From positions 2,362 through 66,361 of the forward strand of contig JALMLS010000174.1 in the NCBI GenBank assembly GCA_038496445.1: a stretch of DNA of 64,000 nt, given 5' to 3'. The stretch is from Trichosphaerium sp. ATCC 40318. Lineage: Eukaryota; Protista; Tubulinea. Position 1 is the first letter of the stretch. The number at the start of each line of letters is the position of its first letter. Positions 51,001 to 64,000 of this stretch are shown in pieces. The notes beneath the pieces are model-generated. The model saw nothing but the letters and a program-made list of their open reading frames with translations, ran no database searches and had not been told where the DNA came from. The position numbers and the translations under genes were made by a program.

Positions 51001-52884
51001 CTTTTTCTTTCCCATTGATTTTAACAATATTTCATCCAGAATCTGAGGACAAAAGGTGGAAAAAAGTCGGACTGCCCTGGCACTACGCTGGAAGTAGCTT
51101 TCGATTTGGGTGTTTCGCTATTACAAATACTAGAGAAACAGTTTGAACAATTATACAAGCAAGGCTCTGAGGGTAGTCTGACAAGCAACCAATACGTTCA
51201 AATCATAAATGTAATGGTATTCCCACTCCAATTGGCGTACGCTTTTTTTACCAATATACCACTCTTACCTCCCCTGGAAAACTTACCAAGTGCATAGAGA
51301 TTGCTTTTCAGATACAGAAGCCCACGTGCAATTATTCGGTAGTGCGAAACGAGATTTGTCCAAGGTACACTAAAGGAGTTCCTTCTTTTTTTTTTTGAGC
51401 ATTCTGGACTGTAATGTCTTAACACTTTGCTAGGCGTACAAGGGCGTCTTTACCTTCTTGTTGAAGGGCACAAAGGCCGTACAGGTTGCATGCACCACAG
51501 TGTCGCGTATAAATGAGCTCCTGACAGCAAAAAAGCTCTCTCTTAAAGACCCACGTGCAGTATTGATTGCGAGCGGTATGATGCGTGCCATGGTGTACAC
51601 GACACACTTTGACAAGCTCGTCCCTGAACTCGCACAGACTACAAGTTCTTTGAAATCATTTGTGGTAATGGTCTGCACTTTCCTGGACAAGGTACATGGC
51701 ATGCTCACGGGGGATATCGCACAGCACACGACCGGTGTTATATCCAACGTTGTGCCACTTTTATCAGTGATTGGTCAAGCTTGGAACGCCATCAAAACAG
51801 AAGAGCACTTGATGCTCTTGCTCCACCTCTCAAAAAATACAATTAGTCTTTGGCTACAATGGAAGACTCCCTCAGTTTTACCTGCTTCTGTAGCCAATCT
51901 ACCTGAATGGAAAACGTTCCCAGGGCCACTCAAACAAGTGGTACGAGCATTCAACGACTTTTTTTTTTCAGACTGATGCCATTTCTTTGCTGGCTGTTGG
52001 CTCACAGCTTATTTAGAACCTGTCTCTATGGGAATCAGTGATGGGCGCCATGTCCAGGACGTCTGTGTCCATATCGTCTTCATTGCTATCCGACATGTGC
52101 GTATTGTGGTCAGCGGGACTGTCAAACCGGTTCCGTGAGATTAAAGAAACAGCCATTGCTTCGTGGAACGATACGTTCGGCAGCAGCGCCATGTTGACCT
52201 ACCCTGATGAGTTGCAGCCTTTATTAAAGGCATTGAAGGGCAAATCTAACATCCTATTGCCTAATATGGAACCCTCTGCGTCTACAATTTTCCCTTCGAT
52301 GCCAGCGCATGACCAATCTAAGGATTCAGCGCCGCTTGACTTGCCAGAACCAAGCCTTGGATTCGGTCATGGTACGGCACCTTATCCACTTACAAACTAA
52401 TACGAGTTCGTGCCATAGATCTCTCTGTGCAGGGTAGACCTACACCGAAACCAACCCCGAAGCCAGATACAAAAGCGAAAAAGAAGAAGGGAGTAAAGAG
52501 GAAATTTTTAGCGTCGTCCCCACCCTGCAGTTCCGAAGTACAGAAAAAACGCCATAAATTCATTAAGACAAAGCATGAGTCACCACAACAACAAGACCAA
52601 GAACAAGAAGCACAAACATCAGGTAATTAATCAGAGTCCCCAACAGCCCTATTCCAGCTTTTGTTTTTACTAACTCGTTTTGTAATGTAGATTCTGAATC
52701 CAGCATGGAAGAGACAAAGTCTCACGTTGACGAAACACTGGATGACGAGCAGTTTACAGAGTTTTTATCAAATTTCCATTCAAGCAAGCTACGAAAATTA
52801 AGTCGTAGTCAGCTGTTGGATACACAAGTGCACATGGCAAAGACAATAGCACATATTGCCACAATATTGAAAGCTCAGCCTTGA
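48013..52884 (+). CDS. RIF1: Replication-timing/telomere protein Rif1
   Basis: HEAT region CIWCISVQNFP, WGPLIVLLG..INKLLKL..AFHEWQSLIKNF..LLVKP, and AIASWNDTFG..LTYPDELQPLL. Short C-terminal helical domain LRKLSRSQLLD. Confidence 0.85.
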
Positions 52885-53024
52885 TAGCACTGTGTTTTGT
52901 ACTGTATAAAATTGTAATAAAATGTTTGGTAGCTAGAAACAGCTTGTTTTTGTCCCAAGAAAAAACGAAAAACTATGTTTACAATGATTGACTTTATTAC
53001 AACATCAGAATGCCAGTCAAACAA

Positions 53025-56000
53025 TCAACTGCCCGGTGGTCCTGGTGGCGTGCTAGGCGCTGTTGCATCTGTATTTTCAGCATCAGTCATGACAGCATCA
53101 GCTGGCTCCTCAGGCTTCGGAACGCCGTCGGGGAAGAGTATGTCTTTGATCATCTGAACAAAACCCAGTCAAATTAAGTGTTTCTACGGAAACGTACCTG
53201 TGGCATGTGCACTTCTTTACTATCTTTCTTACAAAGCTCTTCAAGCTGCTTTTTAAGCTGTGCGTTTTGTTTTATGGCGAGCTTAAACTGAGGTTCAGGA
53301 AGCTGTCCAAGAACTTGCACAGCATACGGTAGAGACATCTAATTAAAACTTGAGCATGCAATATCTTAGTGACGTAAAAATAAGTGAGCGTACCGCACAA
53401 GCCATGACAAAACCTTGCCATATTCTGGCGTCTTCCCACACCTTCTTTGTTACCAGTCTACTCAATATTGTATTGATGATGAATGGCCTCATTTGGTCGA
53501 CACGAGACAGAGACTGAATCACAGTCCTCATAAAGAGCGGCGGAATAGGGACCTTATCCACAAGTTGCTGAAGTACAACTAAAACAAGTGTTAATACGAT
53601 AACTGTAGTTCTAAGAATATGACTTACCAGCAAGAACACCTCTCTTACAAACAACCGGCTGGTCAAAACAGAGTTGTGTGGCCTCTAGGACGCGCTTGAG
53701 CGGTATATTGTCTCTCTTTGTGTCTAACAAGTGAAGAGCTATAAGAAGCTCTGCTGGGGATATTGGCGTTGGTTTGTTATGGAGAAGGCGTGTTAGAGTT
53801 GTCTTGACATGAGATGCAGGAAGTGCTACAAGTTTAGGAAGGAGAGAAATCGTCTCTTCTTTTGTAAGTCCTGAAAGCACAGGAATCAAAAATCTTGCAT
53901 CATTTACACGGTCTTTATATACTTTCTTGACAGCATCTACTAATTCTTTTGTTGGCGGTGCTACAAGGAAGGAGGTTAGAAACTTTATTCAAAAACAAGA
54001 AAAAAGGAAGAAACTATTTCTTTAAAACTTGAGCACCACGTACTCTTCTCAGTAAGAATCTTTAGGATCAATAAAATAAAGCCTTTAGCGCCTTTAGGAA
54101 ACTCTTGTATTACTCGGAGCATATCAGGGTCATCCATACCAATACGTCTTATAAGTCCACCAGCTTGACGATGCATACAAACCTGAGAGGAAGAGGACGG
54201 TTAGTTTTTGAAAAGTAACACTAAAAAGAAATTATCGGTTTTACCTTGACGTGCTTTGGCACTGTTGTATACAGCTGTAGTAACCCATCAAGCATGTTAG
54301 GTTTTCGTGATGTAAGCACAAAATACAGTAGAATACGTTGTGTGACTTCTTCTTCATCTAATGATGCACTACCTTCACCAGACAGACTCATTAAGCTTTT
54401 CATGGCATATTCCTCAATAGGCTCTTGGAACTGCTCTGAAGAGAAGAGCTTTGATGTCACTATTTTGATTGCTTGGTTACATACACTGCTATCTAGAAAC
54501 AACAAGATAAGACACATAAACACTTATAAACGATTATCTGAGTACCTTTTTTGTTGGTATGTTCAAGCAACACTAGCAACGCTGTGCTCCTCTCTTTTGG
54601 TCTCATTTTAATTATCTTGTACAAGGTATCCAATCCAACTGCAACATCTGTTGTTGAAGCACAACATTGTCTTATACATTCATAAACATGAGGTGTTAGG
54701 AACGGGATATCTAACAAGAATCTTGTGAAAGTCTGTTCATGTGTATTGATATTAGCCTTGCACAGTTCCAAAAGTTTTTGAAGAACCCATTCATATCTAG
54801 ACATTGAAGCACTCGTATCACCTCCATCACCTTGTGTCTTTATCACCAAAGCTTCTTGATATAACCACTGCAATCCTATATTTATAGCTGACGGGAAGTG
54901 TTGAGTCACGTGATTAATTATAGAGTTCGCGATATCCTTATCCGTTTCAAGAGGTTGTTCTGTGGTTGAAGCATCGCCAGTGACTGTAGTGCTGTACCAC
55001 AAGGCCATACGTGCAATCAGTCCACGTTTCAAGGGAACAGAAGACCCCTCTATGATTCTCTTGACACATGATAATCGTATTGATATAGTAGGCTTAACAT
55101 CCTGTTTAACGTCCGCCATATCAACGTCTTTGACATCCCTAGTGATTACTAATTAGGTTTTGCGCTGAAGTGTTGTTGGTTTTCTTTGGAAAATCTCGCA
55201 CGGTTTGGACTCTACAACTGGCTTTGGTTCAGTCATCTGTGGTTGTGCTGTATTCCTTTGTATTTGAGGAGGACCAGGGATCGGAAGTGTTGGCCCACCA
55301 GCGCCGTAAATGAGCGTATTAAAAATTTCCTGTGAAGAACCATTAAAACATGACTGAAAAGACCCTGTCAGAAAATTTTGCATACCAAGTGTAGGTTTGG
55401 ATTGACACCTTCTGCTGGAGGTGGATCATCTGGGATACCCTCTGGAATACCATGGAAAATCTCCAAGTTTTTAAAGAAGAGTGAAACAACGTCAGGTAAA
55501 GGAAAGTTTTGAATTTCCCTTACACCAGCAGCAATTTGTCCTTGTGGCAAGTTATTCAATGTAGGGTCGTATTTTTGCCTCTTAGGCGCTCTATCAGAAT
55601 CATCTTGCTGTCTATCACGCCTTCTAGACTCTTTTATAAGCCTTCGTGCAGCTGACTCTGCGTTGACATGTTTCAAGGCATCACTCAGTTTGCTGGTGCA
55701 TGACATACCAAAGTCGGTTCTAGAGGTTGAGTCAAGACTTTAACATACTAGGTACACTTACTGGGCAAACTTTAGTAGCTCCATTCGTACAGCAGATACA
55801 GCACTCTTTGTAAATGATCTTGATCTAGATGTACTGCCATTGAGCAAGTCTGTGTATCCATCAATTACAGAGGTCATCAGAGCTGATGGGTTCAATAACG
55901 CGACTGCTGATAACGCTTTAATTATTACAATCACTTTGGTTGTCCTACAGCCTACCATTAGCCTTGCCTTCTACAAAAAGGTTCAAAAAAGAACTGTACC

Positions 56001-56986
56001 CAAAGGAAGATATGGACATCGAAGAAATAAGATGTTCGCAAATCTTGTGCGCTTCCCTGAGATGCCTTTGTTCTGGATTCGAAGCCTATACACCTCACAG
56101 TCAGAACAAAAAAAAAAAATAACTATATGGTAGTCCAATAAATCACGTGATAAAACTTTAACCACACGTGGTTTAATAAACGTGCCACGTTATTTAAACT
56201 CTACGAATATGTAAGCAATTAGTGTACCTCGAAGACAGCAACGCAAACAACTTGGTAAAGCTTGACAGCTTGTATGAATACTGTATTTTGAAAGGCATGT
56301 TCTTCAGTTTGTAAATAATCTCTAAACCCGAAAATATCTGTCCAAACACCTTGTATCGTTTGCGACCTGTAATGCACTCAATGATTTAACAGAAACCATT
56401 TTTTTTAAGTATACTTCTAGAACGTACATTGGCTCCTTCTTTACAGCAACAATAAGCTTCGTAAACACTTGCAACAGCTTCTTTCGATGCTTAGCTGCCT
56501 TGGTTTGTCCGAAAATAAGAGCCATAGCAGGTACAGTTTTAGTGACATCTACAAGTGGTAAACGAGAGCGTCCAACAACAGAACAAGCATCAAAAACATG
56601 GCAACCGTTTTTTTCTCATGTTAAATAATCACGCTCATCAACACTTTTTACATGATATTTCACGTTTGGTGAATGGCTTGAAGTGAATTGACGTATGGAC
56701 GTACATGTCCATGAGATGGCAAGTGCTTTATCTACAAAATCCACAAGCCAAGCTACAAATGGTTCATCGCGCGTTGCAGGCGTCCATAGGCCAAATACCG
56801 CTTATTTCGCAATTAGAAACGGCTTCTAAACCAATTTTGTAAATACGCACCGTCATAATAGTCCTTCAAGAGCGCTGCGTCCTGTCTAAATACTAGTTCT
56901 CCTATTTGCTCGAGTTTTTGCTCAGGTTTTGGCGTTACAGGCGCAATCTCATTTATTAGGCTTGTGAGTTGATCAGCACTATCCAT
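53025..56986 (-). CDS. SYMPK: Symplekin/Pta1 (3'-end processing scaffold)
   Basis: DARFLIPVLSGL, SPAELLIALH, PPLFMRTVIQS and ILSRLVTKKVWEDARIWQGF. Confidence 0.92.
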
Positions 56987-57170
56987 TGCAATCCTTTACA
57001 ACACGTTTAGACAATTAGTCCCTTTGACAACCTAGAAATGATCGCCACTGATCAACGCGTTATCTATTGCTTCTGTCAATAGCCTCTGCACAGCGTACTC
57101 GCTGCCTTAATGAAATTAAGTAGGGTGTGCGTAAAACTTGTGCTCAAGATAAACATAACAACAACTCACC

Positions 57171-57484
57171 ATGACCCGTGGAAATCAACGCGATACAGAC
57201 AGAAAACGAGCTGCAGCACGTAATGCAAAAAATAAGAACAAGAGAGGTGGCAAAGGAAAGGGCCAGGAAACAAAGAAAAGGATGATGACGTACGTCAACA
57301 AAATTGAATATTAAACTGCTTTTTTGATTTCTTTAAAAAGCCTTTTTTGTAACGCAAGCACGCAATTAATCTCCGTACTAGAGACGCCGAAATAATGAGA
57401 GCAAAGCAGGCAGCTGCTAATGCGAAGAGGGAAGAAGCTAACAAAGTCCAACAAAAAGCATCGAAGAACCAGCGCAAGAAGTAA
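57171..57484 (+). CDS. SERF: Small EDRK-rich factor (4F5/SERF)
   Basis: MTRGNQRD..R and DAEIMRAKQ, with one intron. Confidence 0.9.
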
Positions 57485-57720
57485 AGAACAACCCCTGTGT
57501 TAACGTAATTGTAAAATGTGAAAAATAAAACCTATAAACTTGTGCCATCAAAAGCTGGACTGCTCATAGTACGCTCAAAGTCACGACGTCTTCAATCTCA
57601 TCAGGAGCTTTTCGTGCGCAGAAATATTGCGGTTTTGGTTTTTTTTTCAAACAGTCAAAGGCACCAAAGCCAAAAAAATAGCCAGTCTTGCTTTTTTATC
57701 CAACCACAACAGTAAGCAGC

Positions 57721-58965
57721 ATGTTTATCACTAACAGAATTGTCTTCTCCGTCGGTGGGATTTTCAAAGAGATTGGTAATGGCCTTGAGCGCTTTGGAAT
57801 GCGTATACAAGGAAACTTTGCGTGCACAGAACAATGTAAGTAGCGATAAAACAGAGTAATTGTTGTATTGAAGTAATTGGTTAATAATCTAATATCCGCC
57901 CAGTATCTAGACATAGACGAGTGGTAAGAATTGGAACATACACGGTACGGTCTTGGAGAACGCGCCGAATTTGTTTTAAACACACATAATAACACTGCGC
58001 ACAGCCAAAAATCGGTACAGGCACATTTATTGCACCAAACGCCTGTGTTATCGCAAACGTCGAGCTTGGTGACAACAGTAGCGTATGGTATGGTGCTGTA
58101 GTACGTGGAGACGTAAACACTATAAAGATTGGCAAAAACACAAGCATTTGCGAGAGGACTTCAGTACACGTATGTTCGGTTCCATTTTTCACTTCTTTGC
58201 TGTCTATACGTTGATTATAAGGCTACAAAACAAAAAAAAATGAACGCTCAAAGAAATAAAAAAACCCAACCAATCTTCGTTACTGATGACCTTCAAAAGG
58301 TTTCTAGATCGGATAATATAAGAACAGGTTCTCCTTGCTTGATTGGTGACAATGTAACAATTGGTACGCTTAGACGTCACTAACAGCCTGTCATAAGCTC
58401 ATAAAATTATAGGCCAAGCTTGTGTCATTCATGGATGTACTATTGGTGATAACAGCCTCATTGAAGAAGGTACAAATCATAGCGCTTTTTTTTTCTCTTT
58501 TTTTTTTTTTAATGCAGTTCTGACGTCCTTGTAGGCGTCACACTCTTGGATGGTGTTCAAGTAAGCAGTGGTAGTATTGTAGCTGCTGGATCTGTCGTTT
58601 TGGGTGGCACTGTTATCCCAGCAGGCGAGGTACACTAATCTTTTTATTTCACGTTTTTTGTTTGTAAAAAAAAAGCATGTTTAAATACGTAACAACACTG
58701 TAAAACGCTCTTATAAATACCATGCTACTTGCACAGCAACCCGTACTTACTTTGGTAGAAATGGGGAGGAGCTCCAGCCAAATCACTTGGAAAGCTAACC
58801 GATGCTGATGTAACCCGTATCAAGGACACTGCCGCAAACTATTTAGAACTTGCTGTAAAGCATGACGAGAACCATATGCTTACACCATATGAACATATGC
58901 GTAATGAATATGACGCAAGATCAGGCGTAGGACGCGAAGAACACAACCCAGAAAAGTACTTTTAA
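57721..58965 (+). CDS. Mitochondrial gamma carbonic anhydrase-like complex I subunit
   Basis: N-terminal G..LERFG.RIQG..LSRHR. Hexapeptide repeats with SSVWYGAVVRGDVN, IGDNVTIG and WGGAPAK. Confidence 0.9.
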
Positions 58966-59239
58966 ACGTTGGAAGGCTTTTTTTTTTTTTGTTCAAAAAA
59001 AAAAATGAATGAGATAATCCCTCGTGTAAAACAAATTATAAATTGGCATCTTTTTTCTCTATCAAACATAATCTCTCTCTACAATTGAAAAATGGATCAG
59101 CCAAAAAAAAAACGCTTGGTATGTATGCAGCACACGCAGAAAAAAATAAAAAAAAAAACAATGTCAGAATGCTAAGCTATTCTTTTCTTATCAACAAAAT
59201 CGTAATAATGCGACTTTTGGCTTGTTCTAGCATCAGAAT

Positions 59240-59829
59240 TTATTGTTCTTGTGTTGGTTTGTGTTGTTTTTCATGAATTTTGATTTGTTTTGGATGCCAA
59301 AGTGCCATACACTCTTGAATTGTTTCATGTATGGCATTGATGGTAGCTGTTGCGTATGGTTCACGCGTAGTTGGACGAATAGAAGTCAACTGTTTGGTGG
59401 AATCCGCCAAAGCTGCCAAAATATTGTTCTAGCGCTTGTAAAGTGCGTTTCAAGCACATTTAAGGTTGTTGTAGGCCCATTTGAAATTGCTTACGGATTT
59501 TCTCGCACTACAAAATAAGTTCGTAAGGTACGTCTGTGTAGGTTTCCCTTCGCTCAATGTTTGTTGTTGATCGTTTGTTTTCAAGCACGAAAAACGTTAT
59601 TATCGCTGCCAAAGCACCACAGAGTGAGAATAGAAGGAACACGACAAGAATGGTAATTGACGCTACTGATGCTGGGCCTAAATGCGTAATTAGCCCTGAT
59701 ATTACCAATGCGTTCACTAACCATGATTTCCTGGTGCGCTAGTGACATTTGTGGCGAGTAAGGCTATTTAACCGCTATTAGTCCGTTATATAACACTACA
59801 ATGAGCTTACTTGTATCAACCGTCGCCAT
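59240..59829 (-). CDS. Orphan membrane protein
   Basis: Spliced ORF with a long hydrophobic stretch (ITILVVFLLFSLCGALAAIITFFVL). Structure uncertain. Confidence 0.4.
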
Positions 59830-60048
59830 TAGCTGTCTTGTATGATTATAGTGAAAATATAGGACGTTATTGGCTTAAACCCGATCTTTCTGCGGTCGCA
59901 AGTCGCACGCTGTAAATATGTTCATTACTTTCATTTGGACTTTGTTTTCATGACCAGTGACGCTTGTTGCCACGTGTTTGCGTTTATTTGTTACAATTGT
60001 TTTTATTAGAGATTTAACTCCACAAGATACCTGTGTCCAGGTTATTAC

Positions 60049-60380
60049 AGGTGTTGTGCATACATTGATAAGCAAAGTGCTGCTATGTACAGTAAAAACG
60101 TTATTGATGGCTGAATTGCAGGAGATTGCTGTGTTGCGTCGTAGTCTTCGTATTGGACTGCTTCGTCTTGGTTATCTTCCTGTATTGCTTCCTCGTAATG
60201 TGGTAATCCTGCTACCAGGTTGTCTTTATCCCTGCAAACGTATAATTACGAATTGGTACTCCTATAGGGTTAACCTGCGTACCATTTCGAATTTTGGCTG
60301 TAAGACATGTCCTTTGAGACGTAAGCGATACGGCCGTATGCAAGTGAGAGTAAGGAAAGCAGTAAAAGGGATCGCAACAT
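60049..60380 (-). CDS. Small secreted, possibly GPI-anchored acidic protein (~94 aa)
   Basis: Signal-like MLRSLLLLSLLSLAYG, a 51-nt GT-AG intron, an acidic middle and a hydrophobic C-terminus SITFLLYIAALCLSMYAQHL*. Confidence 0.5.
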
Positions 60381-60829
60381 GTTGTTAGATTGTATTTTAG
60401 TTATCAATTGTAGAACTATTATGACTCACATGTGTACTTGTCCTGAGCAAATTATTGTTCTGCACTGTGCTTCGAAGCAGGGTAGGCGTTCGCAACGTGT
60501 TTATTGTAGCGATAGTTCGATGTAAGTGTACGAAAAACGATGAGTGTAAAAAGAATCAAGCACGTGCAATATGTATCAGTTTTTAGAGTGTTTAAACATA
60601 TCTAATCAAGCCTGGTACGAGACAAGAAGTTTGCCAACTCGGATTTGCATTGTACTTAATTTTGTTCTGGCTCAGAAAATTGGCGGTAATCCAAATTCGC
60701 CGCAACCATATTTGACTATAATGGCTTTAAAACGCAAGCAGGTGCGTATTTCTTTCGTATTAGCTATGAAACACTAACAATAAATAGAATATTGCGAAAG
60801 ATGGTACATGCGCCTTTGTACGCACAATA

Positions 60830-61732
60830 ATGCATCTCCCGGCGGAACTACACAAGGAAATAGTGCATTTAGACCCCAAATCGTTTATTTCATGGCCACT
60901 GCTCTCTAAACAAACTGCTAGAATGCGATTTAACGACTCGTTAAGAAAACATGGCATTTGGCAGGCGTACAGTCTAAAACAAGGGATTTATATTCTCAAA
61001 AAGAAACAGACTTTCAAAAACGGAAAAAAGGAAGGAGAATGTTTGTGCTTCTATGAAGAACCAGGGCAACTTCACTCCAAGTCTCGGTATGTCAACGATA
61101 AACTTCATGGAGAGTACAACGAGTGGTATGAGGATGGTAAATTACTAGCACAGGCAAGTTACGTTAAAGGTAAACACGAGGGTGAGTGTAAGTCTTGGCA
61201 TGATAATGGTAAATTATCAATGTGCTGCGATTATGTCAACGGTAAACTAGAAGGAGAGTTCAAGACTTTTTATTTTGATGGTCCAATCTTTGAGCTATGT
61301 ATTCTTGTCAATGGTATACAAGAGGGTGTTTGTAAGTCGTGGCATGCAAACGGTGAATTAATGGAGGAGTTCAATTATGTCAATGATGAACGAGAAGGAG
61401 AGTGTAAATCATGGCGTGAGAATGGTAATATTTGGGAACAGTATAATTATGTCAATGGTAAACGACATGGAGAATACAAGTTATGGCACGATGATAATCA
61501 GTTGCAGGAACAAGGTAGTTATGTCAACGGTAAAAGAGACGGAGAATACAAAATATGGCATTATACAGGTCAAATCTGGCAACAAGGAATGTATGTCAAT
61601 GGTAAACATGAAGGAGAGTTTAAGGAGTGGTATATGAATGGCACATTGTGTAGGCAATGTAATTATGTTAATGATAAAATAGAAGGAGAATGTACGAGGT
61701 GGAGTGATAATGGTCAATTAATGCCACCTTAA
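60830..61732 (+). CDS. Intronless F-box-like + MORN-variant repeat protein
   Basis: N-terminus MHLPAELHKEIVHLDP..WPLLSK, followed by ~10 tandem 24-aa repeats YVNGKxEGEyKxWyxNGxL. Confidence 0.85.
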   Translation: MHLPAELHKEIVHLDPKSFISWPLLSKQTARMRFNDSLRKHGIWQAYSLKQGIYILKKKQTFKNGKKEGECLCFYEEPGQLHSKSRYVNDKLHGEYNEWYEDGKLLAQASYVKGKHEGECKSWHDNGKLSMCCDYVNGKLEGEFKTFYFDGPIFELCILVNGIQEGVCKSWHANGELMEEFNYVNDEREGECKSWRENGNIWEQYNYVNGKRHGEYKLWHDDNQLQEQGSYVNGKRDGEYKIWHYTGQIWQQGMYVNGKHEGEFKEWYMNGTLCRQCNYVNDKIEGECTRWSDNGQLMPP

Positions 61733-62338
61733 ATTTAAAACAAAATTGTCACCTCACTTTGTCAAAAGTCGAAAATAAACAAAAATTGTTAGATTCTTTT
61801 ACCATCTCTGTATCCCATTCAGGATTCTCAAATTTTTTTTGTACAAATGTATCCCACTGTAGGGGATTTAATTTATTGGGTTACAACACTAGATTACATT
61901 ATTTTTTTTTCAAGGTAAAAACAAACGTTTTCCCTTTTTTTTTTGTTGTTTTTTTTTGGAGGGTTTATTAAAAATGAAGGTTATCTCTAAACGGGGGTTG
62001 CGCTTTTGTTTGTTTTTTTTTGTTTTGCGCATTAATCTACATGCTAGAGATTGCCCTAGCCCTAAGAGGCCTGGAAACACCATTTTGCTTTTTTGTTTTC
62101 GCATCAGGTGTTATCGTTTTTCGACGTTTTGTATCATTCGTATTATTTTCCTTATTATTATCACGTGTCGTTAACACATCAATAGCTGATAACTTACGTT
62201 TTCGATCAAAGCTAGGTGACGACTACAGAATAAGAATAAGACACAAAAAGAAAAAAAACGTGTCGTGCACAAGTCATGAACATGACCGGCACGTTTTTTT
62301 TTTGGTTCAGAAAAAAAAAAAAAAAGAAAAAAAAGAAC

Positions 62339-64000
62339 TCATACGTTCAATCCTGTGCCACGTGTTTGTTGCTGTCGCTGACGTGCTGGTGTTCTTTGTA
62401 GCTTTTTTCCGTGGACCCAAGGATGATTAAGTGCTTGAGGCGCTGTCAATCGTGTACGTGGTTCAATGTCGAGCAATCTTCGGACCAAATGTATAGCTTC
62501 TTCTGAAACACCTTCCCAATAAACTAAAAGCAAAAAAAAAGTTAGTACACACCGTCTCATATCATATTTTGACGTACTGGAGTCAAAGTCATACATTCCA
62601 CAACAGATTTGTTTAAAAAGTGGTACTTGTTGGCTATCACTCTCTTCAAATGGTAGACAACCAGATAATCTAAAAAGAGGAGCTGTTAGACATCACAGTC
62701 AAAATCAGAAAAAAAGAGAAAAAATTATCAAGGCTCTGGGTTTGTTTGTTTCAAAAAGTACGTACAATACATATAGAATAACACCTAAACTCCACATATC
62801 TACACCACTCTGGTAGCCAGTATGTTTTTCAGGTAAGTTGCCAATATGAATGATTTCTGGGGCTAACAAAGAAAACACTGATTAGAAAACTGAAACCGTT
62901 AAGTTTACTTTAAGCCATCCTACTCACCAACGTATTGTGGAGTACCACATAGAGATGTCATATGTTTAACAGTGCTAGTCATACGTGCTAAAATAGAGTA
63001 AGAAATTGTAACAAAATGTCACGTGATAAAAGACTGACCTAATCCAAAATCCGATATTTTTATGTTTCCGTGTTTATCAAGGAGAATATTCTCTGGCTAA
63101 AAAACATAAAATGTCAATGTCATTCAAAATAAAGTATCACAATACCTTTAGATCACGGTGAACGACGTTATTGGTGTGTAGATAGTTTACTGCCTTTAGC
63201 ATCTGTGTGAACAATTTACGAACTTCAGACTCTGTATATAGATGACCTTCTGCTATTTTTTCAAAGAGCTCACCGCCAGTAACACTTGAAAGAAAAAATA
63301 AGCATAATAAGAAATAAATGAAAGCAACCCCAAAACAACAAAAAAAAAATCAACTACGCGTAGTACGCGTAAAAAAAAAACGTAGTCCGCGTAGATGAAT
63401 TATTTCGCGTAGATGTAAAGCTATCAGGAGAAATTCGAAAAAAATGAGCGGTTTGGCTTCTTTCATGAGATTGAACGTACAGTTCGAGGACTATGTACAA
63501 ATGATCCTTTGTATCGAAAATCTCTTGGTACTGGATAATATTAACATGTTTAATCTTCTTTAGAATCTCGACTTCTCGAAGTATTTGCATCTTTGTCTTC
63601 TTCATATTCCAAAATTTCTTCTTGCTTATAATCTTAACAGCCACGTGCTTTCCTGTTTTTTTGTGTATAGCGTGCTTTACTGTACTAAAGTTTCCTCTAA
63701 AAATATACACTTAGTGACAAACAACAGATAACGGTCGAGTAGCACAAAAAACTTTGAAGAAAAAAATCTAACGACTAGTAACGCACATAACGGTTAAAAA
63801 AATACTGAAAAACTTCAAAAAAAAAACAGTTTTTTTTTTTGAAAAATCTCAGCACTGATGCACACACATTTGCTTAAATAATGATAATTCTTACCTTCCT
63901 AGTATCTCTCCTACGCTGTAGACATCAAAAATCTCATCTGCCTCCTTCCCCTTGACTTCAAGAGACAAATCTTGAAAAATGTACGACATGAAGTCTACAA
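62339..64000 (-). CDS. CAMK-group Ser/Thr kinase, Chk2/Rad53-like (5' part outside the window; 3' end may extend to ~62037)
   Basis: [44 protein letters not shown] and [11 protein letters not shown]. Upstream YIFQDL resembles the end of an FHA domain. Confidence 0.88.

Noticed and set aside
63355-63415. Repeated CGCGTA words in a kinase intron
   Set aside because: Short and irregular, with no TIR or TSD; no evidence of an element.

Overview
This window comes from a compact, intron-rich eukaryotic genome that uses the standard code. It is most likely an amoebozoan-type protist; that is an inference from a complex-I gamma carbonic anhydrase, a hybrid histidine kinase and GTACGT/GTGCGT splice donors. 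It holds about 22 protein genes: RasGEF, a Sas10/neuroguidin hybrid, Drp1-like dynamin, a PUB protein, Dcp1, CWF19L1, a biotin carboxylase alpha subunit, LMBR1-like, TRAPPC10, MRS2, a GRAM-TBC RabGAP, CHMP1, a hybrid His kinase, Rif1, symplekin, SERF, gamma-CA, a Chk2-like kinase, two intronless F-box-like+MORN-repeat paralogues and several orphans. Between the converging Dcp1 and CWF19L1 genes lies a transposon island of about 8 kb (15.7-23.9 kb). It contains a 5'-truncated L1-like LINE with a 15-bp TSD and poly(A) tail, several decayed LINE copies, and three related families of TA-flanked non-autonomous elements. These elements share a CAGT...AATCGG terminal repeat but each family carries a different CpG-dense minisatellite. 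Older copies show systematic CpG->TpG/CpA decay, which points to repeat-targeted CpG methylation. Gene models were assembled by eye, so internal exon boundaries are approximate.
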